Positions 12,501 through 27,900 are shown, counted from the stretch's first letter. The stretch is DNA of 64,000 bases from Auanema rhodensis (GCA_964057225.1 OZ059894.1:1054001-1118000), one strand, 5' to 3'. The notes: generated from the letters alone by a model not told the origin. Made by a program: numbers and translations.

Positions 12501-15500
12501 AATCTGATAACACAGATCGACGCAGCTTAAAAATTCGCATCGAATGCACTATACCACATTGAGAAACGCTTTATACAAAAATTAGTTATGATCGTTTGAA
12601 AAATGATGCATTAGTGTATGTTGAGTTTCCATGTACACTCAACATTGCTTCCAAAAACATTTTGACAAAAATTTTTTCGAAAAATTTCAAGATAATTTAG
12701 CAAAAAGTAGATGTTTTTAGATTCCTTTTTTCAAGGCAAACACGATGAACAATGTTTTTCAACGAAAAAATTAATTCTTCAGGGTGAAAATCGAGGATAT
12801 AAGTGTGAACTTATATCAGTTGATGTCTCGGTGCATTTTTAAGCTAGCGCAAATCTGATAACACAGATCGACGCAGCTTAAAAATCCGCATCGAATGCAC
12901 TATACTACATTGAGAAACGCTTTATACAAAAATTAGTTATGATCGTTTGAAAAATGATGCATTAGTGTATGTTGAGTTTCCATGTACACTCAACATTGCT
13001 TCCAAAAACATTTTGACGAAAATTTTTTCAAAAAATTTCAAAATAATTTAGCAAAAAGTAGATGTTTTTAGATTCCTTTTTTCAAGGCAAACACGATGGA
13101 CATTGTTTTTCAACGAAAAAATTAATTCTTCAGGGTGAAAATCGAGGATATAAGTGTGAACTTATATCAGTTGATATCTCGGTGCATTTTTAAGCTAGCG
13201 CAAATCTGATAACACAGATCGACGCAGCTTAAAAATCCGCATCGAATGCACTATACTACTTTGAGAAACGCTTAATACAAAAATTAGTTATGATCGTTTG
13301 AAAAATGATGCATTAGTGTATGTTGAGTTTCCATGTACACTCAACATTGCTTCCAAAAACATTTTGACAAAAATTTTTTCAAAAAATTTCAAAATAATTT
13401 AGCGAAAAGTAGATGTTTTTAAATTCCTTTTTTCAAGGCAAAGACGATGGACAATGTTATTCAACGAAAAAATTAATTCTTCAGGGTGAAAATCGAGGAT
13501 ATAAGTGTGAACTTATATCAGTTGATATCTCGGTGCATTTTTAAGCTAGCGCAAATCTGATAACACAGATCGACGCAGCTTAAAAATCCGCATCGAATGC
13601 ACTATACTACATTGAGAAACGCTTAATACAAAAATTAGCTATGATCGTTTGAAAAATGATGCATTAGTGTATGTTGAGTTTCCATGTACACTCAACATTG
13701 CTTCCAAAAACATTTTGACAAAAATTTTTTCAAAAAATTTCAAAATAATTTAGCAAAAAGTAGATGTTTTTAGATTCCTTTTTTCAAGGCAAAGACGATG
13801 GACAATGTTATTCAACGAAAAAATTAATTCTTCAGGGTGAAAATCGAGGATATAAGTGTGAACTTATATCAGTTGATATCTCGGTGCATTTTTAAGCTAG
13901 CGCAAATCTGATAACACAGATCGACGCAGCTTAAAAATCCGCATCGAATGCACTATACTACATTGAGAAACGCTTAATACAAAAATTAGTTATGATCGTT
14001 TGAAAAATGATGCATTAGTGTATGTTGAGTTTCCATGTACACTCAACATTGCTTCCAAAAACATTTTGACAAAAATTTTTTCGAAAAATTTCAAAATAAT
14101 TTAGCAAAAAGTAGATGTTTTTAGATTCCTTTTTTCAAGGCAAAGACGATGGACAATGTTTTTCAACGAAAAAATTAATTCTTCAGGGTGAAAATCGAGG
14201 ATATAAGTGTGAACTTATATCAGTTGATATCTCGGTGCATTTTTAAGCTAGCGCAAATCTGATAACACAGATCGACGCAGCTTAAAAATCCGCATCGAAT
14301 GCACTATACTACATTGAGAAACGCTTTATACAAAAATTAGTTATGATCGTTTGAAAAATGATGCATTAGTGTATGTTGAGTTTCCATGTACACTCAACAT
14401 TGCTTCCAAAAACATTTTGACAAAAATTTTTTCGAAAAATTTCAAAATAATTTAGCAAAAAGTAGATGTTTTTAGATTCCTTTTTCCAAGGCAAAGACGA
14501 TGGACAATGTTATTCATCGAAAAAATTAATTCTTCAGGGTGAAAATCGAGGATATAAGTGTGAACTTATATCAGTTGATATCTCGGTGCATTTTTAAGTT
14601 AGCGCAAATCTGATACCACAGATCGACGCAGCTTAAAAATCCGCATCGAATGCACTATACTACATTGAGAAACGCTTAATACAAAAATTAGTTATGATCG
14701 TTTGAAAAATGATGCATTAGTGTATGTTGAGTTTCCATGTACACTCAACATTGCTTCCAAAAACATTTTGACAAAAATTTTTTCAAAAAATTTCAAAATA
14801 ATTTAGCAAAAAGTAGATGTTTTTAGATTCCTTTTTTCAAGGCAAAGACGATGGACAATGTTATTCAACGAAAAAATTAATTCTTCAGGGTGAAAATCGA
14901 GGATATAAGTGTGAACTTATATCAGTTGATATCTCGGTGCATTTTTAAGCTAGCGCAAATCTGATAACACAGATCGACGCAGCTTAAAAATCCGCATCGA
15001 ATGCACTATACTACATTGAGAAACGCTTAATACAAAAATTAGTTATGATCGTTTGAAAAATGATGCATTAGTGTATGTTGAGTTTCCATGTACACTCAAC
15101 ATTGCTTCCAAAAACATTTTGACAAAAATTTTTTCGAAAAATTTCAGAATAATTTAGCAAAAAGTAGATGTTTTTAGATTCCTTTTTTCAAGGCAAAGAC
15201 GATGGACAATGTTTTTCAACGAAAAAATTAATTCTTCAGGGTGAAAATCGAGGATATAAGTGTGAACTTATATCAGTTGATATCTCGGTGCATTTTTAAG
15301 CTAGCGCAAATCTGATAACACAGATCGACGCAGCTTAAAAATCCGCAACGAATGCACTATACTACATTGAGAAACGCTTTATACAAAAATTAGTTATGAT
15401 CGTTTGAAAAATGATGCATTAGTGTATGTTGAGTTTCCATGTACACTCAACATTGCTTCCAAAAACATTTTGACAAAAATTTTTTCGAAAAATTTCAAAA

Positions 15501-16360
15501 TAATTTAGCAAAAAGTAGATGTTTTTAGATTCCTTTTTTCAAGGCAAAGACGATGGACAATGTTATTCATCGAAAAAATTAATTCTTCAGGGTGAAAATC
15601 GAGGATATAAGTGTGAACTTATATCAGTTGATATCTCGGTGCATTTTTAAGTTAGCGCAAATCTGATACCACAGATCGACGCAGCTTAAAAATCCGCATC
15701 GAATGCACTATACTACATTGAGAAACGCTTAATACAAAAATTAGTTATGATCGTTTGAAAAATGATGCATTAGTGTATGTTGAGTTTCCATGTACACTCA
15801 ACATTGCTTCCAAAAACATTTTGACAAATTTTTTTCGAAAAATTTCAAAATAATTTAGCAAAAAGTAGATGTTTTTAGATTCCTTTTTTCAAAGCAAAGA
15901 CGATGGACAATGTTATTCATCGAAAAAATTAATTCTTCAGGGTGAAAATCGAGGATATAAGTGTGAACTTATATCAGTTGATATCTCGGTGCATTTTTAA
16001 GCTAGCGCAAATCTGATACCACAGATCGACGCAGCTTAAAAATCCGCATCGAATGCACTATACTACATTGAGAAACGCTTAATACAAAAATTAGTTATGA
16101 TCGTTTGAAAAATGATGCATTAGTGTATGTTGAGTTTCCATGTACACTCAACATTGCTTCCAAAAACATTTTGACGAAAATTTTTTCAAAAAATTTCAAA
16201 ATAATTTAGCAAAAAGTAGATGTTTTTAGATTCCTTTTTTCAAGGCAAACACGATGGACATTGTTTTTCAACGAAAAAATTAATTCTTCAGGGTGAAAAT
16301 CGAGGATATAAGTGTGAACTTATATCAGTTGATATCTCGGTGCATTTTTAAGCTAGCGCA
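3511..16360 (+). repeat. Duplicated block of about 14 monomers (3511-~8640 and 11231-~16360), offset 7720 bp = 22 monomers
   Basis: Rare variants pair at +7720: 4631/12351, 4971/12691, 5684/13404, 5919/13639, 7628/15348, and 350-bp monomers starting at 8074/15794. Confidence 0.9.
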
Positions 16361-19300
16361 AATCTGACAACACAGATCGAAGCAGCTTAAAAATCCGCAT
16401 CGAATGCACTATACTACATTGAGAAACGCTTAATACAAAAATTAGTTATGATCGTTTGAAAAAAGATGCATTAGTGTATGTTGAGTTTCCATGTACACTC
16501 AACATTGCTTCCAAAAACATTTTGACGAAAATTTTTTCAAAAAATTTCAAAATAATTTAGCAAAAAGTAGATGTTTTTAGATTCCTTTTTTCAAGGCAAA
16601 CACGATGGACATTGTTTTTCAACGAAAAAATTAATTCTTCAGGGTGAAAATCGAGGATATAAGTGTGAACTTATATCAGTTGATATCTCGGTGCATTTTT
16701 AAGCTAGCGCAAATCTGATAACAAAGATCGACGCAGCTTAAAAATCCGCATTGAATGCACTATACTACATTGAGAAACGCTTAATACAAAAATTAGTTAT
16801 GATCGTTTGAAAAATGATGCATTAGTGTATGTTGAGTTTCCATGTACACTCAACATTGCTTCCAAAAACATTTTGACAAAAATTTTTTCGAAAAATTTCA
16901 AAATAATTTAGCAAAAAGTAGATGTTTTTAGATTCCTTTTTTCAAGGCAAACACGATGGACAATGTTTTTCAACGAAAAAATTAATTCTTCAGGGTGAAA
17001 ATCGAGGATATAAGTGTGAACTTATATCAGTTGATATCTCGGTGCATTTTTAAGCTAGCGCAAATCTGATAACAAAGATCGACGCAGCTTAAAAATCCGC
17101 ATTGAATGCACTATACTACATTGAGAAACGCTCAATACAAAAATTAGTTATGATCGTTTGAAAAATGATGCATTAGTGTATGTTGAGTTTCCATGTACAC
17201 TCAACATTGCTTCCAAAAACATTTTGACAAAAATTTTTTCGAAAAATTTCAAAATAATTTAGCAAAAAGTAGATGTTTTTAGATTCCTTTTTTCAAGGCA
17301 AAGACGATGGACAATGTTATTCAACGAAAAAATTAATTCTTCAGGGTGAAAATCGAGGATATAAGTGTGAACTTATATCAGTTGATATCTCGGTGCATTT
17401 TTAAGCTAGCGCAAATCTGATACCACAGATCGACGCAGCTTAAAAATCCGCATCGAATGCACTATACTACATTGAGAAACGCTTAATACAAAAATTAGTT
17501 ATGATCGTTTGAAAAATGATGCATTAGTGTATGTTGAGTTTCCATGTACACTCAACATTGCTTCCAAAAACATTTTGACGAAAATTTTTTCAAAAAATTT
17601 CAAAATAATTTAGCAAAAAGTAGATGTTTTTAGATTCCTTTTTTCAAGGCAAACACGATGGACATTGTTTTTCAACGAAAAAATTAATTCTTCAGGGTGA
17701 AAATCGAGGATATAAGTGTGAACTTATATCAGTTGATATCTCGGTGCATTTTTAAGCTAGCGCAAATCTGATAACACAGATCGACGCAGCTTAAAAATCC
17801 GCATCGAATGCACTATACTACATTGAGAAACGCTTAATACAAAAATTAGTTATGATCGTTTGAAAAATGATGCATTAGTGTATGTTGAGTTTCCATGTAC
17901 ACTCAACATTGCTTCCAAAAACATTTTGACGAAAATTTTTTCAAAAAATTTCAAAATAATTTAGCAAAAAGTAGATGTTTTTAGATTCCTTTTTTCAAGG
18001 CAAAGACGATGGACAATGTTTTTCAACGAAAAAATTAATTCTTCAGGGTGAAAATCGAGGATATAAGTGTGAACTTATATCAGTTGATATCTCGGTGCAT
18101 TTTTAAGCTAGCGCAAATCTGATAACACAGATCGACGCAGCTTAAAAATCCGCAACGAATGCACTATACTACATTGAGAAACGCTTTATACAAAAATTAG
18201 TTATGATCGTTTGAAAAATGATGCATTAGTGTATGTTGAGTTTCCATGTACACTCAACATTGCTTCCAAAAACATTTTGACAAAAATTTTTTCGAAAAAT
18301 TTCAAAATAATTTAGCAAAAAGTAGATGTTTTTAGATTCCTTTTTTCAAGGCAAAGACGATGGACAATGTTATTCATCGAAAAAATTAATTCTTCAGGGT
18401 GAAAATCGAGGATATAAGTGTGAACTTATATCAGTTGATATCTCGGTGCATTTTTAAGTTAGCGCAAATCTGATACCACAGATCGACGCAGCTTAAAAAT
18501 CCGCATCGAATGCACTATACTACATTGAGAAACGCTTAATACAAAAATTAGTTATGATCGTTTGAAAAATGATGCATTAGTGTATGTTGAGTTTCCATGT
18601 ACACTCAACATTGCTTCCAAAAACATTTTGACAAATTTTTTTCGAAAAATTTCAAAATAATTTAGCAAAAAGTAGATGTTTTTAGATTCCTTTTTTCAAA
18701 GCAAAGACGATGGACAATGTTATTCATCGAAAAAATTAATTCTTCAGGGTGAAAATCGAGGATATAAGTGTGAACTTATATCAGTTGATATCTCGGTGCA
18801 TTTTTAAGCTAGCGCAAATCTGATACCACAGATCGACGCAGCTTAAAAATCCGCATCGAATGCACTATACTACATTGAGAAACGCTTAATACAAAAATTA
18901 GTTATGATCGTTTGAAAAATGATGCATTAGTGTATGTTGAGTTTCCATGTACACTCAACATTGCTTCCAAAAACATTTTGACGAAAATTTTTTCAAAAAA
19001 TTTCAAAATAATTTAGCAAAAAGTAGATGTTTTTAGATTCCTTTTTTCAAGGCAAACACGATGGACATTGTTTTTCAACGAAAAAATTAATTCTTCAGGG
19101 TGAAAATCGAGGATATAAGTGTGAACTTATATCAGTTGATATCTCGGTGCATTTTTAAGCTAGCGCAAATCTGACAACACAGATCGAAGCAGCTTAAAAA
19201 TCCGCATCGAATGCACTATACTACATTGAGAAACGCTTAATACAAAAATTAGTTATGATCGTTTGAAAAAAGATGCATTAGTGTATGTTGAGTTTCCATG

Positions 19301-20800
19301 TACACTCAACATTGCTTCCAAAAACATTTTGACGAAAATTTTTTCAAAAAATTTCAAAATAATTTAGCAAAAAGTAGATGTTTTTAGATTCCTTTTTTCA
19401 AGGCAAACACGATGGACATTGTTTTTCAACGAAAAAATTAATTCTTCAGGGTGAAAATCGAGGATATAAGTGTGAACTTATATCAGTTGATATCTCGGTG
19501 CATTTTTAAGCTAGCGCAAATCTGATAACAAAGATCGACGCAGCTTAAAAATCCGCATTGAATGCACTATACTACATTGAGAAACGCTTAATACAAAAAT
19601 TAGTTATGATCGTTTGAAAAATGATGCATTAGTGTATGTTGAGTTTCCATGTACACTCAACATTGCTTCCAAAAACATTTTGACAAAAATTTTTTCGAAA
19701 AATTTCAAAATAATTTAGCAAAAAGTAGATGTTTTTAGATTCCTTTTTTCAAGGCAAACACGATGGACAATGTTTTTCAACGAAAAAATTAATTCTTCAG
19801 GGTGAAAATCGAGGATATAAGTGTGAACTTATATCAGTTGATATCTCGGTGCATTTTTAAGCTAGCGCAAATCTGATAACAAAGATCGACGCAGCTTAAA
19901 AATCCGCATTGAATGCACTATACTACATTGAGAAACGCTCAATACAAAAATTAGTTATGATCGTTTGAAAAATGATGCATTAGTGTATGTTGAGTTTCCA
20001 TGTACACTCAACATTGCTTCCAAAAACATTTTGACAAAAATTTTTTCGAAAAATTTCAAAATAATTTAGCAAAAAGTAGATGTTTTTAGATTCCTTTTTT
20101 CAAGGCAAAGACGATGGACAATGTTATTCAACGAAAAAATTAATTCTTCAGGGTGAAAATCGAGGATATAAGTGTGAACTTATATCAGTTGATATCTCGG
20201 TGCATTTTTAAGCTAGCGCAAATCTGATACCACAGATCGACGCAGCTTAAAAATCCGCATCGAATGCACTATACTACATTGAGAAACGCTTAATACAAAA
20301 ATTAGTTATGATCGTTTGAAAAATGATGCATTAGTGTATGTTGAGTTTCCATGTACACTCAACATTGCTTCCAAAAACATTTTGACGAAAATTTTTTCAA
20401 AAAATTTCAAAATAATTTAGCAAAAAGTAGATGTTTTTAGATTCCTTTTTTCAAGGCAAACACGATGGACATTGTTTTTCAACGAAAAAATTAATTCTTC
20501 AGGGTGAAAATCGAGGATATAAGTGTGAACTTATATCAGTTGATATCTCGGTGCATTTTTAAGCTAGCGCAAATCTGATAACACAGATCGACGCAGCTTA
20601 AAAATCCGCATCGAATGCACTATACTACATTGAGAAACGCTTAATACAAAAATTAGTTATGATCGTTTGAAAAATGATGCATTAGTGTATGTTGAGTTTC
20701 CATGTACACTCAACATTGCTTCCAAAAACATTTTGACGAAAATTTTTTCAAAAAATTTCAAAATAATTTAGCAAAAAGTAGATGTTTTTAGATTCCTTTT
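15200..20800 (+). repeat. Tandem 8-monomer duplication (2807 bp)
   Basis: Variants pair at +2807: 15348/18155, 350-bp monomers 15794/18601, CTGACAAC 16368/19175, AAAAGATG 16464/19271. Confidence 0.88.
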
Positions 20801-23800
20801 TTTAAGGCAAACACGATGGACATTGTTTTTCAACGAAAAAATTAATTCTTCAGGGTGAAAATCGAGGATATAAGTGTGAACTTATATCAGTTGATATCTC
20901 GGTGCATTTTTAAGCTAGCGCAAATCTGATAACAAAGATCGACGCAGCTTAAAAATCCGCATTGAATGCACTATACTACATTGAGAAACGCTTAATACAA
21001 AAATTAGTTATGATCGTTTGAAAAATGATGCATTAGTGTATGTTGAGTTTCCATGTACACTCAACATTGCTTCCAAAAACATTTTGACAAAAATTTTTTC
21101 GAAAAATTTCAAAATAATTTAGCAAAAAGTAGATGTTTTTAGATTCCTTTTTTCAAGGCAAACACGATGGACAATGTTTTTCAACGAAAAAATTAATTCT
21201 TCAGGGTGAAAATCGAGGATATAAGTGTGAACTTATATCAGTTGATATCTCGGTGCATTTTTAAGCTAGCGCAGATCTGATAACAAAGATCGACGCAGCT
21301 TAAAAATCCGCATTGAATGCACTATACTACATTGAGAAACGCTCGATACAAAAATTAGTTATGATCGTTTGAAAAATGATGCATTAGTGTATGTTGAGTT
21401 TCCATGTACACTCAACATTGCTTCCAAAAACATTTTGACAAAAATTTTTTCGAAAAATTTCAAAATAATTTAGCAAAAAGTAGATGTTTTTAGATTCTTT
21501 TTTTCAAGGCAAAGACGATGGACAATGTTATTCAACGAAAAAATTAATTCTTCAGGGTGAAAATCGAGGATATAAGTGTGAACTTATATCAGTTGATATC
21601 TCGGTGCATTTTCAAGCTAGCGCAAATCTGATAACACAGATCGACGCAGCTTAAAAATCCGCATCGAATGCACTATACTACATTGAGAAACGCTTAATAC
21701 AAAAATTAGTTATGATCGTTTGAAAAATGATGCATTAGTGTATGTTGAGTTTCCATGTACACTCAACATTGCTTCCAAAAACATTTTGACGAAAATTTTT
21801 TCAAAAAATTTCAAAATAATTTAGCAAAAAGTAGATGTTTTTAGATTCCTTTTTTCAAGGCAAACACGATGGACATTGTTTTTCAACGAAAAAATTAATT
21901 CTTCAGGGTGAAAATCGAGGATATAAGTGTGAACTTATATCAGTTGATATCTCGGTGCATTTTTAAGCTAGCGCAAATCTGATAACAAAGATCGACGCAG
22001 CTTAAAAATCCGCATTGAATGCACTATACTACATTGAGAAACGCTTAATACAAAAATTAGTTATGATCGTTTGAAAAATGATGCATTAGTGTATGTTGAG
22101 TTTCCATGTACACTCAACATTGCTTCCAAAAACATTTTGACAAAAATTTTTTCGAAAAATTTCAAAATAATTTAGCAAAAAGTAGATGTTTTTAGATTCC
22201 TTTTTTCAAGGCAAACACGATGGACAATGTTTTTCAACGAAAAAATTAATTCTTCAGGGTGAAAATCGAGGATATAAGTGTGAACTTATATCAGTTGATA
22301 TCTCGGTGCATTTTTAAGCTAGCGCAGATCTGATAACAAAGATCGACGCAGCTTAAAAATCCGCATTGAATGCACTATACTACATTGAGAAACGCTTAAT
22401 ACAAAAATTAGTTATGATCGTTTGAAAAATGATGCATTAGTGTATGTTGAGTTTCCATGTACACTCAACATTGCTTCCAAAAACATTTTGACAAAAATTT
22501 TTTCGAAAAATTTCAAAATAATTTAGCAAAAAGTAGATGTTTTTAGATTCTTTTTTTCAAGGCAAAGACGATGGACAATGTTATTCAACGAAAAAATTAA
22601 TTCTTCAGGGTGAAAATCGAGGATATAAGTGTGAACTTATATCAGTTGATATCTCGGTGCATTTTCAAGCTAGCGCAAATCTGATAACACAGATCGACGC
22701 AGCTTGAAAATCCGCATCGAATGCACTATACTACATTGAGAAACGCTCAATACAAAAATTAGTTATGATCGTTTGAAAAATGATGCATTAGTGTATGTTG
22801 AGTTTCCATGTACACTCAACATTGCTTCCAAAAACATTTTGACGAAAATTTTTTCAAAAAATTTCAAAATAATTTAGCAAAAAGTAGATGTTTTTAGATT
22901 CCTTTTTTCAAGGCAAACACGATGGACATTGTTTTTCAACGAAAAAATTAATTCTTCAGGGTGAAAATCGAGGATATAAGTGTGAACTTATATCAGTTGA
23001 TATCTCGGTGCATTTTTAAGCTAGCGCAAATCTGATAACACAGATCGACGCAGCTTAAAAATCCGCATCGAATGCACTATACTACATTGAGAAACGCTTA
23101 ATACAAAAATTAGTTATGATCGTTTGAAAAATGATGCGTTAGTGTATGTTGAGTTTCCATGTACACTCAACATTGCTTCCAAAAACATTTTGACGAAAAT
23201 TTTTTCAAAAAATTTCAAAATAATTTAGCAAAAAGTAGATGTGTTTAGATTCCTTTTTTCAAGGCAAACACGATGGACATTGTTTTTCAACGAAAAAATT
23301 AATTCTTCAGGGTGAAAATCGAGGATATAAGTGTGAACTTATATCAGTTGATATCTCGGTGCATTTTTAAGCTAGCGCAAATCTGATAACAAAGATCGAC
23401 GCAGCTTAAAAATCCGCATTGAATGCACTATACTACATTGAGAAACGCTCAATACAAAAATTAGTTATGATCGTTTGAAAAATGATGCATTAGTGTATGT
23501 TGAGTTTCCATGTACACTCAACATTGCTTCCAAAAACATTTTGACAAAAATTTTTTCGAAAAATTTCAAAATAATTTAGCAAAAAGTAGATGTTTTTAGA
23601 TTCCTTTTTTCAAGGCAAACACGATGGACAATGTTTTTCAACGAAAAAATTAATTCTTCAGGGTGAAAATCGAGGATATAAGTGTGAACTTATATCAGTT
23701 GATATCTCGGTGCATTTTTAAGCTAGCGCAGATCTGATAACAAAGATCGACGCAGCTTAAAAATCCGCATTGAATGCACTATACTACATTGAGAAACGCT

Positions 23801-24566
23801 CAATACAAAAATTAGTTATGATCGTTTGAAAAATGATGCATTAGTGTATGTTGAGTTTCCATGTACACTCAACATTGCTTCCAAAAACATTTTGATAAAA
23901 ATTTTTTCGAAAAATTTCAAAATAATTTAGCAAAAAGTAGATGTTTTTAGATTCTTTTTTTCAAGGCAAAGACGATGGACAATGTTTTTCAACGAAAAAA
24001 TTAATTCTTCAGGGTGAAAATCGAGGATATAAGTGTGAACTTATATCAGTTGATATCTCGGTGCATTTTCAAGCTAGCGCAAATCTGATAACACAGATCG
24101 ACGCAGCTTGAAAATCCGCATCGAATGCACTATACTACATTGAGAAACGCTTAATACAAAAATTAGTTATGATCGTTTGAAAAATGATGCATTAGTGTAT
24201 GTTGAGTTTCCATGTACACTCAACATTGCTTCCAAAAACATTTTGACGAAAATTTTTTCGAAAAATTTCAAAATAATTTAGCAAAAAGTAGATGTTTTTA
24301 GATTCTTTTTTTCAAGGCAAAGACGATGGACAATGTTTTTCAACGAAAAAATTAATTCTTCAGGGTGAAAATCGAGGATATAAGTGTGAACTTATATCAG
24401 TTGATATCTCGGTGCATTTTCAAGCTAGCGCAAATCTGATAACACAGATCGACGCAGCTTGAAAATCCGCATCGAATGCACTATACTACATTGAGAAACG
24501 CTTAATACAAAAATTAGTTATGATCGTTTGAAAAATGATGCATTAGTGTATGTTGAGTTTCCATGT
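20706..24566 (+). repeat. Local 3-mer/4-mer higher-order repeat
   Basis: A218G (GCGCAGATC) at 21274, 22327 (+1053) and 23731 (+1404). Each is followed by a monomer carrying GATTCTTTT and TTTTCAAGC. Confidence 0.8.
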
Positions 24567-24917
24567 ACACTCAACATTGCTTCCAAAAACATTTTGACGA
24601 AAATTTTTTCAAAAAATTTCAAAATAATTTAGCAAAAAGTAGATGTTTTTAGATTCCTTTTTTCAAGGCAAACACGATGGACATTGTTTTTCAACGAAAA
24701 AATTAATTCTTCAGGGTGAAAATCGAGGATATAAGTGTGAACTTATATCAGTTGATATCTCGGTGCATTTTTAAGCTAGCGCAAATCTGATAACACAGAT
24801 CGACGCAGCTTAAAAATCCGCATTGAATGCACTATACTACATTGAGAAACGCTCAATACAAAAATTAGTTATGATCGTTTGAAAAATGATGCATTAGTGT
24901 ATGTTGAGTTTCCATGT

Positions 24918-27900
24918 ACACTCAACATTGCTTCCAAAAACATTTTGACAAAAATTTTTTCGAAAAATTTCAAAATAATTTAGCAAAAAGTAGATGTTTT
25001 TAGATTCCTTTTTTCAAGGCAAACACGATGGACAATGTTTTTCAACGAAAAAATTAATTCTTCAGGGTGAAAATCGAGGATATAAGTGTGAACTTATATC
25101 AGTTGATATCTCGGTGCATTTTTAAGCTAGCGCAAATCTGATAACATGGATCGACGCAGCTTAAAAATCCGCATCGAATGCACTATACTACATTGAGATA
25201 CGCTTAATACAAAAATTAGTTATGATCGTTTGAAAAATGATGCATTAGTGTATGTTGAGTTTCCATGTACACTCAACATTGCTTCCAAAAACATTTTGAC
25301 AAAAATTTTTTCGAAAAATTTCAAAATAATTTAGCAAAAAGTAGATGTTTTTAGATTCCTTTTTTCAAGGCAAAGACGATGGACAATGTTTTTCAACGAA
25401 AAAATTAATTCTTCAGGGTGAAAATCGAGGATATAAGTGTGAACTTATATCAGTTGATATCTCGGTGCATTTTTAAGCTAGCGCAAATCTGATAACACAG
25501 ATCGACGCAGCTTAAAAATCCGCATCGAATGCACTATACTACATTAAGAAACGCTTGATACAAAAGTTAGTTATGATCGTTTGAAAAATGATGCATTAGT
25601 GTATGTTGAGTTTCCATGTACACTCAACAATGCTTCCAAAAACATTTTGACAAAAATTTTTTCAAAAAATTTCAAAATAATTTAGCAAAAAGTAGATGTT
25701 TTTAGATTTCTTTTTTCAAGGCAAACACGATGGACAATGTTTTTCAACGAAAAAATTAATTCTTCAGGGTGAAAATCGAGGATATAAGTGTGAACTTATA
25801 TCAGTTGATATCTCGGTGCATTTTTAAGCTAGCGCAAATCTGATAACACAGATCGACGCAGCTTAAAAATCCGCATCGAATGCACTATACTACATTAAGA
25901 AACGCTTGATACAAAAATTAGTTATGATCGTTTGAAAAATGATGCATTAGTGTATGTTGAGTTTCCATGTACACTCAACATTGCTTCCAAAAACAATTTG
26001 ACAAAAATTTTTTCAAAAAATTTCAAAATAATTTAGCAAAAAATAGATGTTTTTAGATTTCTTTTTTCAAGGCAAACACGATGGACAATGTTTTTCAACG
26101 AAAAAATTAATTCTTCAGGGTGAAAATCGAGGATATAAGTGTGAACTTATATCAGTTGATATCTCGGTGCATTTTTAAGCTAGCGCAAATCTGATAACAC
26201 GGATCGACGCAGCTTAAAAATCCGCATCGAATGCTTTATACTACATTGAGAAACGCTTAATACAAAAATTAGTTATGATCGTTTGAAAAATGATGCATTA
26301 GTGTATGTTGAGTTTCCATGTACACTCAACATTGCTTCCAAAAACATTTTGACAAAAATTTTTTCGAAAAATTTCAAAATAATTTAGCAAAAAGTAGATG
26401 TTTTTAGATTCCTTTTTTCAAGGCAAAGACGATGGACAATGTTTTTCAACGAAAAAATTAATTCTTCAGGGTGAAAATCGAGGATATAAGTGTGAACTTA
26501 TATCAGTTGATATCTCGGTGCATTTTTGAGCTAGCGCAAATCTGATACCACAGATCGACGCAGCTTAAAAATCCGCATCGAATGCACTATACTACATTGA
26601 GAAACGCTTAATACAAAAATTAGTTATGATCGTTTGAAAAATGATGCATTAGTGTATGTTGAGTTTCCATGTACACTCAACATTGCTTCCAAAAACATTT
26701 TGACGAAAATTTTTTCAAAAAATTTCAAAATAATTTAGCAAAAAGTAGATGTTTTTAGATTCCTTTTTTCAAGGCAAACACGATGGACATTGTTTTTCAA
26801 CGAAAAAATTAATTCTTCAGGGTGAAAATCGAGGATATAAGTGTGAACTTATATCAGTTGATATCTCGGTGCATTTTTAAGCTAGCGCAAATCTGATAAC
26901 AAAGATCGACGCAGCTTAAAAATCCGCATCGAATGCACTATACTACATTGAGAAACGCTTAATACAAAAATTAGTTATGATCGTTTGAAAAATGATGCAT
27001 TAGTGTATGTTGAGTTTCCATGTACACTCAACATTGCTTCCAAAAACATTTTGACAAAAATTTTTTCGAAAAATTTCAAAATAATTTAGCAAAAAGTAGA
27101 TGTTTTTAGATTCCTTTTTTCAAGGCAAACACGATGGACAATGTTTTTCAACGAAAAAATTAATTCTTCAGGGTGAAAATCGAGGATATAAGTGTGAACT
27201 TATATCAGTTGATATCTCGGTGCATTTTTAAGCTAGCGCAAATCTGATAACACGGATCGACGCAGCTTAAAAATCCGCATCGAATGCACTATACTACATT
27301 GAGATACGCTTAATACAAAAATTAGTTATGATCGTTTGAAAAATGATGCATTAGTGTATGTTGAGTTTCCATGTACACTCAACATTGCTTCCAAAAACAT
27401 TTTGACAAAAATTTTTTCGAAAAATTTCAAAATAATTTAGCAAAAAGTAGATGTTTTTAGATTCCTTTTTTCAAGGCAAAGACGATGGACAATGTTTTTC
27501 AACGAAAAAATTAATTCTTCAGGGTGAAAATCAAGGATATAAGTGTGAACTTATATCAGTTGATATCTCGGTGCATTTTTAAGCTAGCGCAAATCTGATA
27601 ACACAGATCGACGCAGCTTAAAAATCCGCATCGAATGCACTATACTACATTAAGAAACGCTTGATACAAAAGTTAGTTATGATCGTTTGAAAAATGATGC
27701 ATTAGTGTATGTTGAGTTTCCATGTACACTCAACATTGCTTCCAAAAACATTTTGACAAAAATTTTTTCAAAAAATTTCAAAATAATTTAGCAAAAAGTA
27801 GATGTTTTTAGATTTCTTTTTTCAAGGCAAACACGATGGACAATGTTTTTCAACGAAAAAATTAATTCTTCAGGGTGAAAATCGAGGATATAAGTGTGAA

